The translations under genes were made by a program, and so were the position numbers. A DNA stretch of 64,000 bases, from positions 6,348 through 70,347 of the forward strand of contig JBHLLP010000015.1 in assembly GCA_048885525.1 (NCBI GenBank), written 5' to 3'. Below the pieces are notes generated by a model that searched no databases, was not told the DNA's origin, and was given only the letters and a program-made list of their open reading frames with translations. This DNA comes from Candidatus Hermodarchaeota archaeon (GTDB lineage: Archaea; Asgardarchaeota; Lokiarchaeia; Sigyniarchaeales; SOKP01). Shown here piece by piece: positions 18,702-28,894 of the stretch; position 1 is the stretch's first letter; every line of letters begins with the position of its first letter.

Positions 18702-19961
18702 ATGGGAAAATTAGCAAGAAGAGTGGCCATGATTGGAGCGGGTATGAGTAAATTTGGAGCACATTTTCCTCATAAAAGAAATCCAGATTTATGGATTGAT
18801 GCCTGGCTTGATGCAGTAAGTAGAGTTGATAATGGTATTGAACCTAAAGACATTGATGCTTGTTATGTTGGAAATTATTCTTCAGATCTATTTAATCACC
18901 AAGGACATTTAGGGCCTCAAATGGCAGACTTAGTAGGATTAGTACCTAAACCAGCAGGTCGATTCGAAGGGGCATGTGCTAGTAGTGGAATTGCCCTTAG
19001 ACAAGCAATTTTAGCAATTGCATCAGGAGTTCACGATGTTATTGCAGTAAGTGGAGTTGAATGTATGACAGAACAACCTACAGTGAATGTTACAGATGTA
19101 TTAGCTACAGCTTCAGATAGTTTATTTGAATATCCTGCTGGAGCAACATTTCCTGGTTTATACGCGACTTTAGCTTCAGCTCATTTCCACAAATATGGAA
19201 CCACGGTGGAAGATTTAATGAGAGTTGGTATTAAAAATCATGAAAATGGTAAGGAAAATCCTTATGCTCAAATGCAAAGTTCTATTAAAGATATGATGAA
19301 TAGTAAGATTGCAAAAATTGAAAAATCAGGCGGAGAAGTTCCAGATTGGAAGGATGAATTTGATTATCTTAAAAGTAGTTCAAATCCTATTATTGCTTAC
19401 CCTTTAAGGTTATTCGATTGTAGTCTAATTACTGATGGAGCTGCATGTGTATTTTTAGCAGCTGAAAATGTGGCAAAAAATTTTACTGATACTCCAATTT
19501 GGATTAAAGGTACTGGTCAAGGTAGTGCAGCATTATCTTTACATGATAGAGATGATTTAACTAGTTTTATTGCATCTAAAGAAGCAGCGCGACAAGCATA
19601 TGAAATGTCGGGATTAAAACCTAAAGACATTCAGGTTGCTGAAGTTCATGATTGCTTTACTATTGCAGAAATAGTAGCATTAGAAGATTTAGGATTTTAT
19701 GAAAAAGGGAAAGCTGTTGATGCAATTAGAGATGGGGAAACTAAACGAGATGGTTCATTGCCAATAAATACGAGTGGAGGTTTAAAAAGTAAAGGTCATC
19801 CTGTGGGTGCTACTGGCGCAGCATTTTGTGTAGAAGCGTTCAAACAAATGAGGGGTATTGCTGAAAGAAATAGGCAAGTAAAATTTGATGTAGAAAGAAT
19901 GTTAACTCATAATTTAGGTGGTTCAGGAGCTACATGTGTGGTGACAATTTTTGAAAAATAG
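18702..19961 (+). CDS. Thiolase, archaeal/SCP2-thiolase type
   Basis: EGACASSG (active Cys), DCSLITDGAA, EVHDCF, GHPVGATG, HNLGG. Confidence 0.95.
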   Translation: MGKLARRVAMIGAGMSKFGAHFPHKRNPDLWIDAWLDAVSRVDNGIEPKDIDACYVGNYSSDLFNHQGHLGPQMADLVGLVPKPAGRFEGACASSGIALRQAILAIASGVHDVIAVSGVECMTEQPTVNVTDVLATASDSLFEYPAGATFPGLYATLASAHFHKYGTTVEDLMRVGIKNHENGKENPYAQMQSSIKDMMNSKIAKIEKSGGEVPDWKDEFDYLKSSSNPIIAYPLRLFDCSLITDGAACVFLAAENVAKNFTDTPIWIKGTGQGSAALSLHDRDDLTSFIASKEAARQAYEMSGLKPKDIQVAEVHDCFTIAEIVALEDLGFYEKGKAVDAIRDGETKRDGSLPINTSGGLKSKGHPVGATGAAFCVEAFKQMRGIAERNRQVKFDVERMLTHNLGGSGATCVVTIFEK

Positions 19962-19972
19962 AGGTGTAAAAA

Positions 19973-20395
19973 ATGACTGAAAGTGAAAGAGATTTTACAA
20001 TAAAAAGTTATATAGATTATTTATCTGAAAAGAAATTAATGGGTTCAAAATGTAAAGGTTGTGGTGCTACCTATGTTCCTGTAAGAAAATTGTGTACTAA
20101 ATGCGCTAAAGCAAACATGGAATGGGTGGAAATGTCAGGAAATGGCAAAATTGCAGCTTTTACGAGTATAACAGTTGGCACTCCATTTTTTGTGGAAAAA
20201 GGGTATAATAGAAATAAACCTTATTGTTTTTCAGTAATAAAACTAGACGAAGGTCCAATGGTAAGCGGACAGTTAATAGGAGTAGATGAGAGTAAACCTG
20301 AAACAATTAAGATTGGGACACCTGTTAAAGCCACATTTATTGAAACGGATATTAAAGGTGAAACAAGGGTTGATCTTGGTTTTGAACCCATTTAA
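19973..20395 (+). CDS. DUF35 Zn-ribbon/OB-fold thiolase partner
   Basis: CKGCG...P.RKLCTKC, PY...IKLDEGP, IGTPVKATF; GAGGTG RBS at 19961-19966. Confidence 0.92.
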   Translation: MTESERDFTIKSYIDYLSEKKLMGSKCKGCGATYVPVRKLCTKCAKANMEWVEMSGNGKIAAFTSITVGTPFFVEKGYNRNKPYCFSVIKLDEGPMVSGQLIGVDESKPETIKIGTPVKATFIETDIKGETRVDLGFEPI

Positions 20396-20432
20396 AAATA
20401 TAATTTTTTTTTCCTTTAATTTCAGAATATCC

Positions 20433-22472
20433 TTAACCTAAATATTCAAATTTAGTTTGAAGTTGAATATTTCGTGAAGAACTCCCTATTAATATGATGA
20501 ATTCTCCTTTTTCTGCAATCCATTTCCCATTTATTTCACTAAAAAAAGAAAGATCACTTTTATCTATTTCAAATTCAATCATTGATCTTTCTCTTGGTTT
20601 AAGGGATACTCTTTTAAATCCTTTAAGTTCTTTAAAAGGTCTCTCTTCACTGGATTCAACATCTCGTATATATAGTTGAACAATTTCTGTACCTGAATAA
20701 TCACCTGAATTTACAATGTCAACAGAAATAATAAGAGATTCACTACTAGTAATTTTTTCTTGAGAAATTATAAGATTTTCATAGTCAAATTTAGTGTAGG
20801 ATAATCCATGACCAAAGGGAAAAAGGGGTTCAATATTTTTTGTATCAAAATAGCGATAACCAACAAAAATTCCTTCATCATAAAAAACTTTTTCATCGCC
20901 GGGATAAGTTTTTTTGGATTTATGTGCCGGTGAATCAGAGAGTTTTTTTGGAAACGTTATAGGAAGTTTGCCCGAAGGATTTACATCACCAAAAAGTATA
21001 GCAGCAATCGCATTTCCAGACTCCATACCACCGTACCAAGCTTGTATCACAACTGGAACCCTGTTAATCCATTCAATCATAGATACTGGACTTCCCGAAA
21101 TTAAAACTACTATTGTATTTAAACTTTCTTTAACTGTTTTTTTAATAAGATCAACTTGTTCTGGAGGCAAACTAAAAGAATTTCTGTCATCACCTTCCAC
21201 ATCCATTCCTTTCATATGTTTGAGTCCAACAAAAATTAGAGATATATCTGCTTTAGAAGGTGAATCAATTATATCAATTTTACCTTGGCATTTCTTTTTT
21301 AACCCTTCAAGTGGTGTAATCTCGTAAGGAGGAAAATTGTCAGAGCTTCCACCTCCTAGATATGTCTGTAAATTCGCATTTGGCCCAATTACAGCAATTT
21401 TCTTAATTTTCTCAATATCTAAAGGAAGAATATTTCTATTATTTTTTAAAAGGATTATACCTTCTTCAGCAATTTTACGGGATAAAGCTTGATGTTCAGG
21501 AGTATTACGACTTCCTTTTGGCAAAATACTCTCATCATCAAAAAGACCCGTAAGAAACATTACTCTCAGCAATCGTTTTATATTGTTATTCAATGTTTCT
21601 TTTGAGAATTTACCGTCTTCATAAGCCTTTTTCAATCTGGATTTCATATACTTATTTTGCATTGGCATTTCTAAAGTTAAACCTGCATTTACGCAACTTT
21701 CTGTACTTGATGTACGAAGTGTTGCCATCCAATCTGATACAACAAAACCTCTAAATCCCCAATTATTCCTCAATACTTCTCTAAGGAAGTGTTTATGCTC
21801 AGAACCATATATTCCGTTTATTTTATTATAACTACTCATTATTGACCATGCATCTGCTTCTTCTACAGCTGCTTTAAATGCTGGAAAATATATCTCTTGA
21901 AGCGCCCTTTCACACACCTCCGAACTTACAGTAAATCTATTTATTTCTTGATTATTACAGATAAAATGTTTTACACATGCTGCAATTCTTTGACTTTGAA
22001 CTCCTTTTACCATAGCATTCGCTAATTTTTTATTTAAATATGGATCTTCTGTTTGATATTCAAATGTTCGACCACACATAGGTGTTCTTTGAATATTTAT
22101 TCCTGGAGCAAGTAGCATTTGGCCCCCAACATCCCGGACTTCTTGTGCTATTGCTATTCCAAATTGCTCAGATAATTCTGGATTCCAAGTAGCAGCTCTG
22201 CAAATAGCTGAAGGAAAATAAGTGGATTGTATTTTACCTTGACTATCAACCCTAACTCCATGAGGGCCATCATGCATAGCAAATGGTTTTATCCCTAATC
22301 TTTTTATTGGTTTTGTATACCAGTTTCGCCTTCCTGCACATAATTTAAACTTTTCTTCTAATGTTAATCTTTCTAATAAATCTTCTACTCTTTTCTCAAG
22401 ATCAAGATTACTATCCATAAATGGAAGTTCAGATAAATTTAGTTCCTCAGTTTTTTTACTCATTATAACCAC
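20433..22472 (-). CDS. GH3 beta-glucosidase (cytoplasmic)
   Basis: DGPHGVR, APGINIQR.P..GR.FEY..EDP, KHF, SSYN, VVSDW nucleophile, Fn3-like C-terminus. Confidence 0.95.
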   Translation of the reverse strand: MVIMSKKTEELNLSELPFMDSNLDLEKRVEDLLERLTLEEKFKLCAGRRNWYTKPIKRLGIKPFAMHDGPHGVRVDSQGKIQSTYFPSAICRAATWNPELSEQFGIAIAQEVRDVGGQMLLAPGINIQRTPMCGRTFEYQTEDPYLNKKLANAMVKGVQSQRIAACVKHFICNNQEINRFTVSSEVCERALQEIYFPAFKAAVEEADAWSIMSSYNKINGIYGSEHKHFLREVLRNNWGFRGFVVSDWMATLRTSSTESCVNAGLTLEMPMQNKYMKSRLKKAYEDGKFSKETLNNNIKRLLRVMFLTGLFDDESILPKGSRNTPEHQALSRKIAEEGIILLKNNRNILPLDIEKIKKIAVIGPNANLQTYLGGGSSDNFPPYEITPLEGLKKKCQGKIDIIDSPSKADISLIFVGLKHMKGMDVEGDDRNSFSLPPEQVDLIKKTVKESLNTIVVLISGSPVSMIEWINRVPVVIQAWYGGMESGNAIAAILFGDVNPSGKLPITFPKKLSDSPAHKSKKTYPGDEKVFYDEGIFVGYRYFDTKNIEPLFPFGHGLSYTKFDYENLIISQEKITSSESLIISVDIVNSGDYSGTEIVQLYIRDVESSEERPFKELKGFKRVSLKPRERSMIEFEIDKSDLSFFSEINGKWIAEKGEFIILIGSSSRNIQLQTKFEYLG

Positions 22473-22575
22473 TTTTTTTATTAATAAAATCTAAAAAAAA
22501 ATTAAGATTTATCTATACATAGAAAATAATTTGAAGAAGATTTTTTATATATATCCTTCCCTATGGTGAATTTTA

Positions 22576-23772
22576 ATTCAAAGGAAATTTAGAAAATTAA
22601 TTCCATTAATCATTATTTTAGTAGGAATAATTCTGTTTTTTATATTCTATTTTTTCCCTAACAATTTAAAAATTCAAAATCTTAATATTGAATTAAAGTT
22701 TAGTGGTGAAAATTCTTATTCTTTTATCGAAGATCAGTTAGACATTGGTTTTAGAATACCAGGAACTATTGAACGTATTAATTGTGCTAATTATTTTATA
22801 TCCAAATTTGAAGAAATTGACAGTAATTTCACTTATAATCTTCATAATTTTACGACTCATTTAACTGAATGTCAAAATATACTTTTTAAATTAAATGAAG
22901 CCAGAACTAACATAATAATATTAGGAGCTCATTATGATTCTCGTGCTAAAGCAACAAAAGATCCTATAATTGCAAATAGAAGCAATCCGGTTCCAGGTGC
23001 AAATGATGGAGCAAGTGGCTGCGCTGTTTTAATTGAGCTCGCAAATGTGCTTTATTCAGAGCGAGATAATTTATCTTGTCAAGTATGGTTTCTATTTTTT
23101 GATGCCGAAGATCAAGGATTGGATAATGCATATGGGATGGATGGATGGGATTGGTGTGAAGGATCCCAGAAATTTGTTTCAGATATTAATAATTTTTATA
23201 ACTCTGAGATAGAGAATTTTGAATGTATGATTCTATTAGATATGGTGGGAGGGGAAAATCTAAAATTTATCAATGAACAGTACTCAACTTCTTCTTTATT
23301 AGATGAATTATTTTCAATAGGTAGACATTTAGGTTATACTCATCAATTTCCTTCGAATCCTGAGAGTGCCTCAATAATAGATGATCATAGACCGTTCTTA
23401 AGCGCAGGCATCCCTTCAGCAGATTTAATAATAAATTTTTGGGATAATCCTGGGTGGCCTTATCATCACACTACACAAGATGATCTTTCTCATATTTCAA
23501 ACTATAGCCTTGAAGCTACAGGAAAAACAGTTGAGCAATTTATTTACAATAATTATCTTGATGATCCATTTAATCTTTATCAAGGTAATTATCCATGGAG
23601 TCAAGATATAAATGTACCAAATATAGAAATAATTATAATAATTATCGTAGCTATTGTTGGAGTTTCTATTGTTATATTGATTTTTACTAGAAATACTTCA
23701 AATAATGAAGTTGAATCAGGAATACGCAAAAAATCCAATTCCTTCTATTTTATTATTGTTCCACACTGGTAG
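22576..23772 (+). CDS. M28 peptidase/glutaminyl-cyclase-like protein with N- and C-terminal TM segments; start extended upstream of the ORF track
   Basis: Frame open from 22570 and encodes TM, G.RIPG, ILGAHYDSR, PGANDGASG before the track start at 23047; then FFDAED, LLDMVG, DDHRPF, HHT. Confidence 0.85.
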   Translation: MQRKFRKLIPLIIILVGIILFFIFYFFPNNLKIQNLNIELKFSGENSYSFIEDQLDIGFRIPGTIERINCANYFISKFEEIDSNFTYNLHNFTTHLTECQNILFKLNEARTNIIILGAHYDSRAKATKDPIIANRSNPVPGANDGASGCAVLIELANVLYSERDNLSCQVWFLFFDAEDQGLDNAYGMDGWDWCEGSQKFVSDINNFYNSEIENFECMILLDMVGGENLKFINEQYSTSSLLDELFSIGRHLGYTHQFPSNPESASIIDDHRPFLSAGIPSADLIINFWDNPGWPYHHTTQDDLSHISNYSLEATGKTVEQFIYNNYLDDPFNLYQGNYPWSQDINVPNIEIIIIIIVAIVGVSIVILIFTRNTSNNEVESGIRKKSNSFYFIIVPHW

Positions 23773-24719
23773 CAAAATTTTTCAGTCAGTTCTAATTTCA
23801 TTCCACAAAATCTGCAAATAATATGAGTTTCTTTTAGTTTTTCTTCTTTTTTCTCTTGAATTGTAGGGATTGTTCTTATATCTTCAGTTTTCACTTGAGG
23901 AGCTTTAATCACCGGTTCCTCATATGATTTTGGTTGTTCTATCTTTGAGCTTGGGGGAATTTCTTGTTCTTGTGGCATGATAACTATTTTTGGTTCTCTT
24001 TCTTTTTTGATTGTTATCACTGGCTTTACAATTTCCTCTTGTTCAATTTCTGGCAGAACTTTCTTAAGTTGAGCTCCACAATTAACACAAAATTGATTCT
24101 TCAAGTCTAAGATTTTATGACCACAGCTATGACAAAGGTTAATTATTTCACTAGACGGTCTACCTTTATAGGGATTGATTGTAGGGATCGATTTTAATTC
24201 TTCAGTTTTTAATTGAGAAGCTTTTAGTAAATGGTTTATTCGATCTTTTTTTGCTTTTAATCGTTCTTTAAAGAATTTCTCTTGCAAATTTGAGTATTCC
24301 TTATAATTCTCTACTGTTGTTTTTCTTAAACTATTCTTAGTTCCACAAACTTCACAAACGTCCTTATTTATAATGGTAAATTCCCCACAATAAAGACAAA
24401 AAAAAGGATGATCTTTTAAAAAAGACTCTATATCTCCTTCTTTTAAATCCAATATACTCGGATGAGATTCTTCCGGTCCTAGCTTTTGTTCTCTTATTTG
24501 AGCTTGGCTAGGTGATCGTTTTTCTATAATGTAATGCTGAAAATCCTTTTTTTTAGCTAATCTTAAACTATATCTATTTCCACAACCTTCACAATATTCT
24601 CTATGTGTATCTGTAAATTTCTTGCAGCTATCACAAATATAAGGTTGGGCCTTTAAGAATGCTTTCCTATCTTGTATTAAAGGTTTGTGATCTTCTGTTG
24701 ACCATTTTTCTGAAAAAAT
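23745..24719 (-). CDS. Multi double-zinc-ribbon protein; start extended upstream of the ORF track
   Basis: Extra in-frame unit CDSC...CEGCG (24719-24453) paralogous to CLYC...CEVCG; also CHSCG..CVNCG and CRFCG..CYQCG. Confidence 0.75.
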   Translation of the reverse strand: MFSEKWSTEDHKPLIQDRKAFLKAQPYICDSCKKFTDTHREYCEGCGNRYSLRLAKKKDFQHYIIEKRSPSQAQIREQKLGPEESHPSILDLKEGDIESFLKDHPFFCLYCGEFTIINKDVCEVCGTKNSLRKTTVENYKEYSNLQEKFFKERLKAKKDRINHLLKASQLKTEELKSIPTINPYKGRPSSEIINLCHSCGHKILDLKNQFCVNCGAQLKKVLPEIEQEEIVKPVITIKKEREPKIVIMPQEQEIPPSSKIEQPKSYEEPVIKAPQVKTEDIRTIPTIQEKKEEKLKETHIICRFCGMKLELTEKFCYQCGTIIK

Positions 24720-24829
24720 ATTTCACCATAAAAACTATTATTTATGGAATAAAAATGGATTATTAGTTTTTTAAATAATTTAGAATTTAAATATTTCTGT
24801 AAACATTAAATAAGGAATTTTGAAATAAA

Positions 24830-25465
24830 TTATTTCTTAATCCCTAAAATTGCTCGATGTCTCTGTCTATCATTGTAAATTTCTAATATATTAAATGAAC
24901 CAAAAACCTCATGAATTTCCTCCATAGTAAAAAAATGGTGTGGAAGTCCTTTTTCTTGTCCTGCTTGAGGTATATAAGTATTTTTCTCAATTTCCTTTAG
25001 CTCCCACTCTTCTAATCTAGATGTGCCTTCCAATCTAGGGAAAGTTATAAATATAATACCACCTTTTTTTAAAACCCTATCAATTTCGTTTACTGTGATT
25101 AATATATCTTTCATTCTATTATGATGAATAACCTGAATTGATATAATGGCATCAAAAAAATTATCTTCATAGGGAAATTTTTCTTCCATTCTATGAAGGA
25201 TTATTTCAGTCTTCAGACCTTCCTCTGAAAGCCACTTTTTAGCAATTGAAATTCCTTTAGGTGAAGAATCCATACCATAGATTTCAAATCCCTTTTTTGA
25301 AAAATATAAAAGATGGCGACCCGTTCCAGACCCAATGTCTAATATTTTCTGTACTCCCCTCTCTTTAAAGAGTTTTGCAATTTTATCCATATCTTGATGA
25401 GGTTCAGTGAAAACTTTACCCTTTTCAGAGAAAATTTTATCCCAATCTGGCATAAAAAGTATCAA
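24830..25465 (-). CDS. Class I SAM-dependent methyltransferase
   Basis: ILDIGSGTGRH, GMDSS, FDAIIS, RVLKKGG. Confidence 0.9.
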   Translation of the reverse strand: MILFMPDWDKIFSEKGKVFTEPHQDMDKIAKLFKERGVQKILDIGSGTGRHLLYFSKKGFEIYGMDSSPKGISIAKKWLSEEGLKTEIILHRMEEKFPYEDNFFDAIISIQVIHHNRMKDILITVNEIDRVLKKGGIIFITFPRLEGTSRLEEWELKEIEKNTYIPQAGQEKGLPHHFFTMEEIHEVFGSFNILEIYNDRQRHRAILGIKK

Positions 25466-25477
25466 ACCTTTAAAAAA

Positions 25478-26500
25478 TTAATCGTAATTACAGTCCCAGA
25501 AATATCTTCCATGCTCCTTTTTAAAAGCTTCTGCTACTTCATCTACTTGAGGTCGAATAAATTCATAACCATCTTTAATACATTCATAATTAACTGGTAA
25601 TACATCTAAGATCTCACCATCAACTTGACAAATATAAGGATTAGGCTCTTCAGAATCTAACATCTCAACTCTTACTTTTTTACTGGTGTATTCATAGATA
25701 TTCGGATGAGGTAAAAGAGTAGCTTTATACATTCTGTTAAAATGTTTAAGTAATTTGAATTTACCAATATCTACAATATTTACATGAAAAAGACCATCAT
25801 TTACTTGAGCTCTCTGGCAAATGTACATAAAACCTCCATAACTAGGACCATTAGCACATGCTAAAAGATTAGCATATCCCTCAAAAGCGTCATTATCCAT
25901 AGTTACCTTAATTTGTTTATTCTTCCAAGGTAATAACGCTATAAGAGTTTGGGTAAAATAACTTTTCCCTCTTTTAGCCTTATTAAATCTCCTAGTTACA
26001 TCACTGTCGAAACCCTGACTCCCAATCCCTAAGAAGTAACGTTCAATACCTGAGTCAGTTTTTGCATAACCAATATCTGATTTACTACTATTATTTTCAG
26101 CAATTATCTCACAAGCTCTTTTTATATCAGGACGAATTCCAATAGCAGCAGGAATATCATTTCCAGATCCCATAGGAATAAACCCACATAAGGCATTAGT
26201 ATTCGAAGTTATAACTCCATTCATGACTTCATTACAAGTGCCATCTCCTCCAGCACCAATAACTTTATATCCATCTTTTGCTAATTGCCTTCCTAATTCT
26301 ATTGCATGTCTCATATATTCAGTATCAAACAATTTGTATGAAACATTTAACTCTTTAAGACATTTTTCCATAAAATTAATATCTCTTTTTGCCCCTTTCC
26401 CTTTACCAGCCTCAGGATTATAAATTATTGCATAATCTTCCATTCTTATCAAATCTGATATTATAGATGACTTAAAATAAATTAAAAATGCTTTAATCAC
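25478..26500 (-). CDS. Diacylglycerol kinase family (YegS/BmrU) lipid kinase
   Basis: IYNPEAGKG, GGDGT, PMGSGND, GFD, NGPSYGG, VDGE; probable start ATG 26443. Confidence 0.9.
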   Translation of the reverse strand: MIKAFLIYFKSSIISDLIRMEDYAIIYNPEAGKGKGAKRDINFMEKCLKELNVSYKLFDTEYMRHAIELGRQLAKDGYKVIGAGGDGTCNEVMNGVITSNTNALCGFIPMGSGNDIPAAIGIRPDIKRACEIIAENNSSKSDIGYAKTDSGIERYFLGIGSQGFDSDVTRRFNKAKRGKSYFTQTLIALLPWKNKQIKVTMDNDAFEGYANLLACANGPSYGGFMYICQRAQVNDGLFHVNIVDIGKFKLLKHFNRMYKATLLPHPNIYEYTSKKVRVEMLDSEEPNPYICQVDGEILDVLPVNYECIKDGYEFIRPQVDEVAEAFKKEHGRYFWDCNYD

Positions 26501-26631
26501 TATTTTAAATTCTGAACTATTTAAAACTATATTTAAATTTCAAAATCTATGAGTTTAACTTTAAGCTTAGATTATAATATTCTTTCTAATTTGTTGTAAA
26601 ATAATATCTAGAAGAAAAATTAAACAAAATC

Positions 26632-27423
26632 TCAGTGTGCTCTCCATTCATGGCCACATTCGGCGCAAGAGTGTTTTTTACCATAAATTTTTGGATAATC
26701 CATGAGAATCACGCTTTTATCATCCATTTCATGAATAAGACCTTCATTTCCACAATTAGGGCATTTTCTACGTCCATCAGCATTTTCGACCACCGATAAA
26801 CTATTATTTTGAGAAATCAAAGATAAATTATCTCCAATAGTCTTTAAAACAGATTCTTTGCTCTCTGATGGAGTTTGATTTTTAATTGATAATTCCGCTT
26901 TATTTAATAAATAATCCTCATTAACCATTATCATATATCCCTTAACTATTGAATGAAATTCATCTTTCTTTGGCAACCTGTCATATTCTTTAATGAAATT
27001 ATCTACAAATCTTTTAATTTCTTCAATTTTTATGGTGTATCCTTTTAATTCGATTAATCTCTTGATTTCTTTAATAATTTCCTCTTTTGAAAGTTTTGGT
27101 TTCTTAATTTCATGGACAAATGTTGAGTTATTCAATTTCTTTTTAAATTCACTCCATAATTGACTAACTTGAGCATCTGTTAATTTTCCCTTAATTTGTA
27201 TATATACTCTATTATTGGGTTCTTTTAAAACTGTAATTCTATTATTCTTTCGTTGCTCATCATCATTAATACTATCAAAATAGTTTATTCTAAGTAAGGA
27301 TCTTCCCAGCTTTTCAGAGGTAGTTGACAGAGATAACTTTTTTTCTAAAACATTTTCTACAATCTTTTGGATATCATCGTTGTTTTTATCTCTTATGTCG
27401 AATGAATGACTTCTTTCCAACAT
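26632..27423 (-). CDS. Hypothetical protein with C-terminal zinc ribbon
   Basis: RRKCPNCG...KKHSCAECGHEW. Confidence 0.7.
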   Translation of the reverse strand: MLERSHSFDIRDKNNDDIQKIVENVLEKKLSLSTTSEKLGRSLLRINYFDSINDDEQRKNNRITVLKEPNNRVYIQIKGKLTDAQVSQLWSEFKKKLNNSTFVHEIKKPKLSKEEIIKEIKRLIELKGYTIKIEEIKRFVDNFIKEYDRLPKKDEFHSIVKGYMIMVNEDYLLNKAELSIKNQTPSESKESVLKTIGDNLSLISQNNSLSVVENADGRRKCPNCGNEGLIHEMDDKSVILMDYPKIYGKKHSCAECGHEWRAH

Positions 27424-27641
27424 TATAGCGTTCTTAACCCTATTTAAGATTGGTTTTTTTCATTCAATCTGGATAATTTTATTCTAGATTTTTTTATTTA
27501 AAATGTTTCTCTTTTAATATAATTCAAATTCTAAACTAATAGATGGAAAATTTCAATATTCTAAATTTGATTTAATATGTTAAGAAAATTTATATTGATA
27601 TTTTTATTTAATTTGACCATAGAACAACTGATTTTTTTGTT

Positions 27642-28346
27642 ATGGAGAAAAAAGATTTAATACCCGCAATTAATAAGAAAAAGATTAAGAAAAAGGAATA
27701 TTCGTCAAAAAGGAAAATTATCACCACGGTTGTATTAATTATCTTAGCGTTTTCAGGATCCTTTTTAATTTATTTTATATTGCAATTGGCTTTACATACT
27801 AACACTCCTATGGTTGTTGTGGTTTCTGAATCCATGGAACCAAACCTATTAAAAGGTGATCTATTATTTTTAGAAGGAAGAGATCCATCCCAAATAAAAA
27901 ATGGTACTATAAGTGGAAAAGAAGGTGATGTTATTGTCTTTGACGCTCGAAATTTACCCGGATGGATAAAGCCTCCTAATGATCCAATTGTTCATCGTGT
28001 TATTGATAAATGGTATGATGGTGCCTGGTTTTTTCGAACTAAAGGAGATGCAAACCCAACAATTGATGATGCTCCTGTTCCTGCTAATAGGATTTTAGGT
28101 GTTGTAATAGGAAGAATCCCCTATATTGGATGGGTAAAAATAGTCCTTACAGATACAGGATTATTAATTCCACTATTAGTTATTGTCTCAACTTTATTGA
28201 TAATAAGTATCATATGGGATATTGTAAAAAAGGATGATAATGGTAAAGAGAAAAAGAAGGGAGAACAAAACTTAATCTATAATCCAGAAGCTAAAACTGA
28301 TAAATCAGTAAGACAAATTGAAATCAACTTTACAAAAAATGAATAA
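27642..28346 (+). CDS. sec11: Signal peptidase I, archaeal/ER Sec11 type (S26B)
   Basis: VVVSESMEP, GDL, PIVHRV, TKGDAN, IPYIGW. Confidence 0.93.
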   Translation: MEKKDLIPAINKKKIKKKEYSSKRKIITTVVLIILAFSGSFLIYFILQLALHTNTPMVVVVSESMEPNLLKGDLLFLEGRDPSQIKNGTISGKEGDVIVFDARNLPGWIKPPNDPIVHRVIDKWYDGAWFFRTKGDANPTIDDAPVPANRILGVVIGRIPYIGWVKIVLTDTGLLIPLLVIVSTLLIISIIWDIVKKDDNGKEKKKGEQNLIYNPEAKTDKSVRQIEINFTKNE

Positions 28347-28486
28347 TTCTTCTCATATTGTAGCGAAGCATTTTTCATCCATCTTATAAAAAATTTAATA
28401 TAAATTTATAAACAAATCTACTAAATATTTACTTACAACAATTTTAAAACATGAACATAATTAAAAACTAAATTTGGTGTAAAAAA

Positions 28487-28705
28487 ATGGGATGGACTCC
28501 TCCAAGCAAATTTACTGTAATTTTAACCCTTCTATTGATGGTTTTTGGAATTTTTATCTTACTTGATCTTGAGGCGCTATTTTGGACCAGTTTATTACCT
28601 GCATTTAATATCGGAACGTTTGATGGATGGTTCATTATTGCATTGATACTATTTTTCCTCACTTGGTTTCTTTTCTTTATGGGAGTAAAGCTGAAAGGAT
28701 TATAG
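28487..28705 (+). CDS. Small two-TM membrane protein, paralog 1
   Basis: MGWTPPSKF...GVKLKGL; GGTG RBS; close paralog of 28895-29125. Confidence 0.8.
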   Translation: MGWTPPSKFTVILTLLLMVFGIFILLDLEALFWTSLLPAFNIGTFDGWFIIALILFFLTWFLFFMGVKLKGL

Positions 28706-28894
28706 TTCTTAGACTTTTTAAAACATTTTTTTTAATTTTTACTTACAATAACTCTTTTTAATAAAAGATGAGCCTTACTTTATTATCCCTTTAGAAATTG
28801 ATATACATTTATAATTAGATAAATCAAATAACATCATATTAAATTTTAATTAGGAAAAAAAGAAAAAATTTAAAAAAAAATCGGTGTTTAGAAA

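Noticed and set aside
18702-20395. Thiolase-DUF35 pair as a novelty
   Set aside because: Well-known, widespread archaeal gene pair
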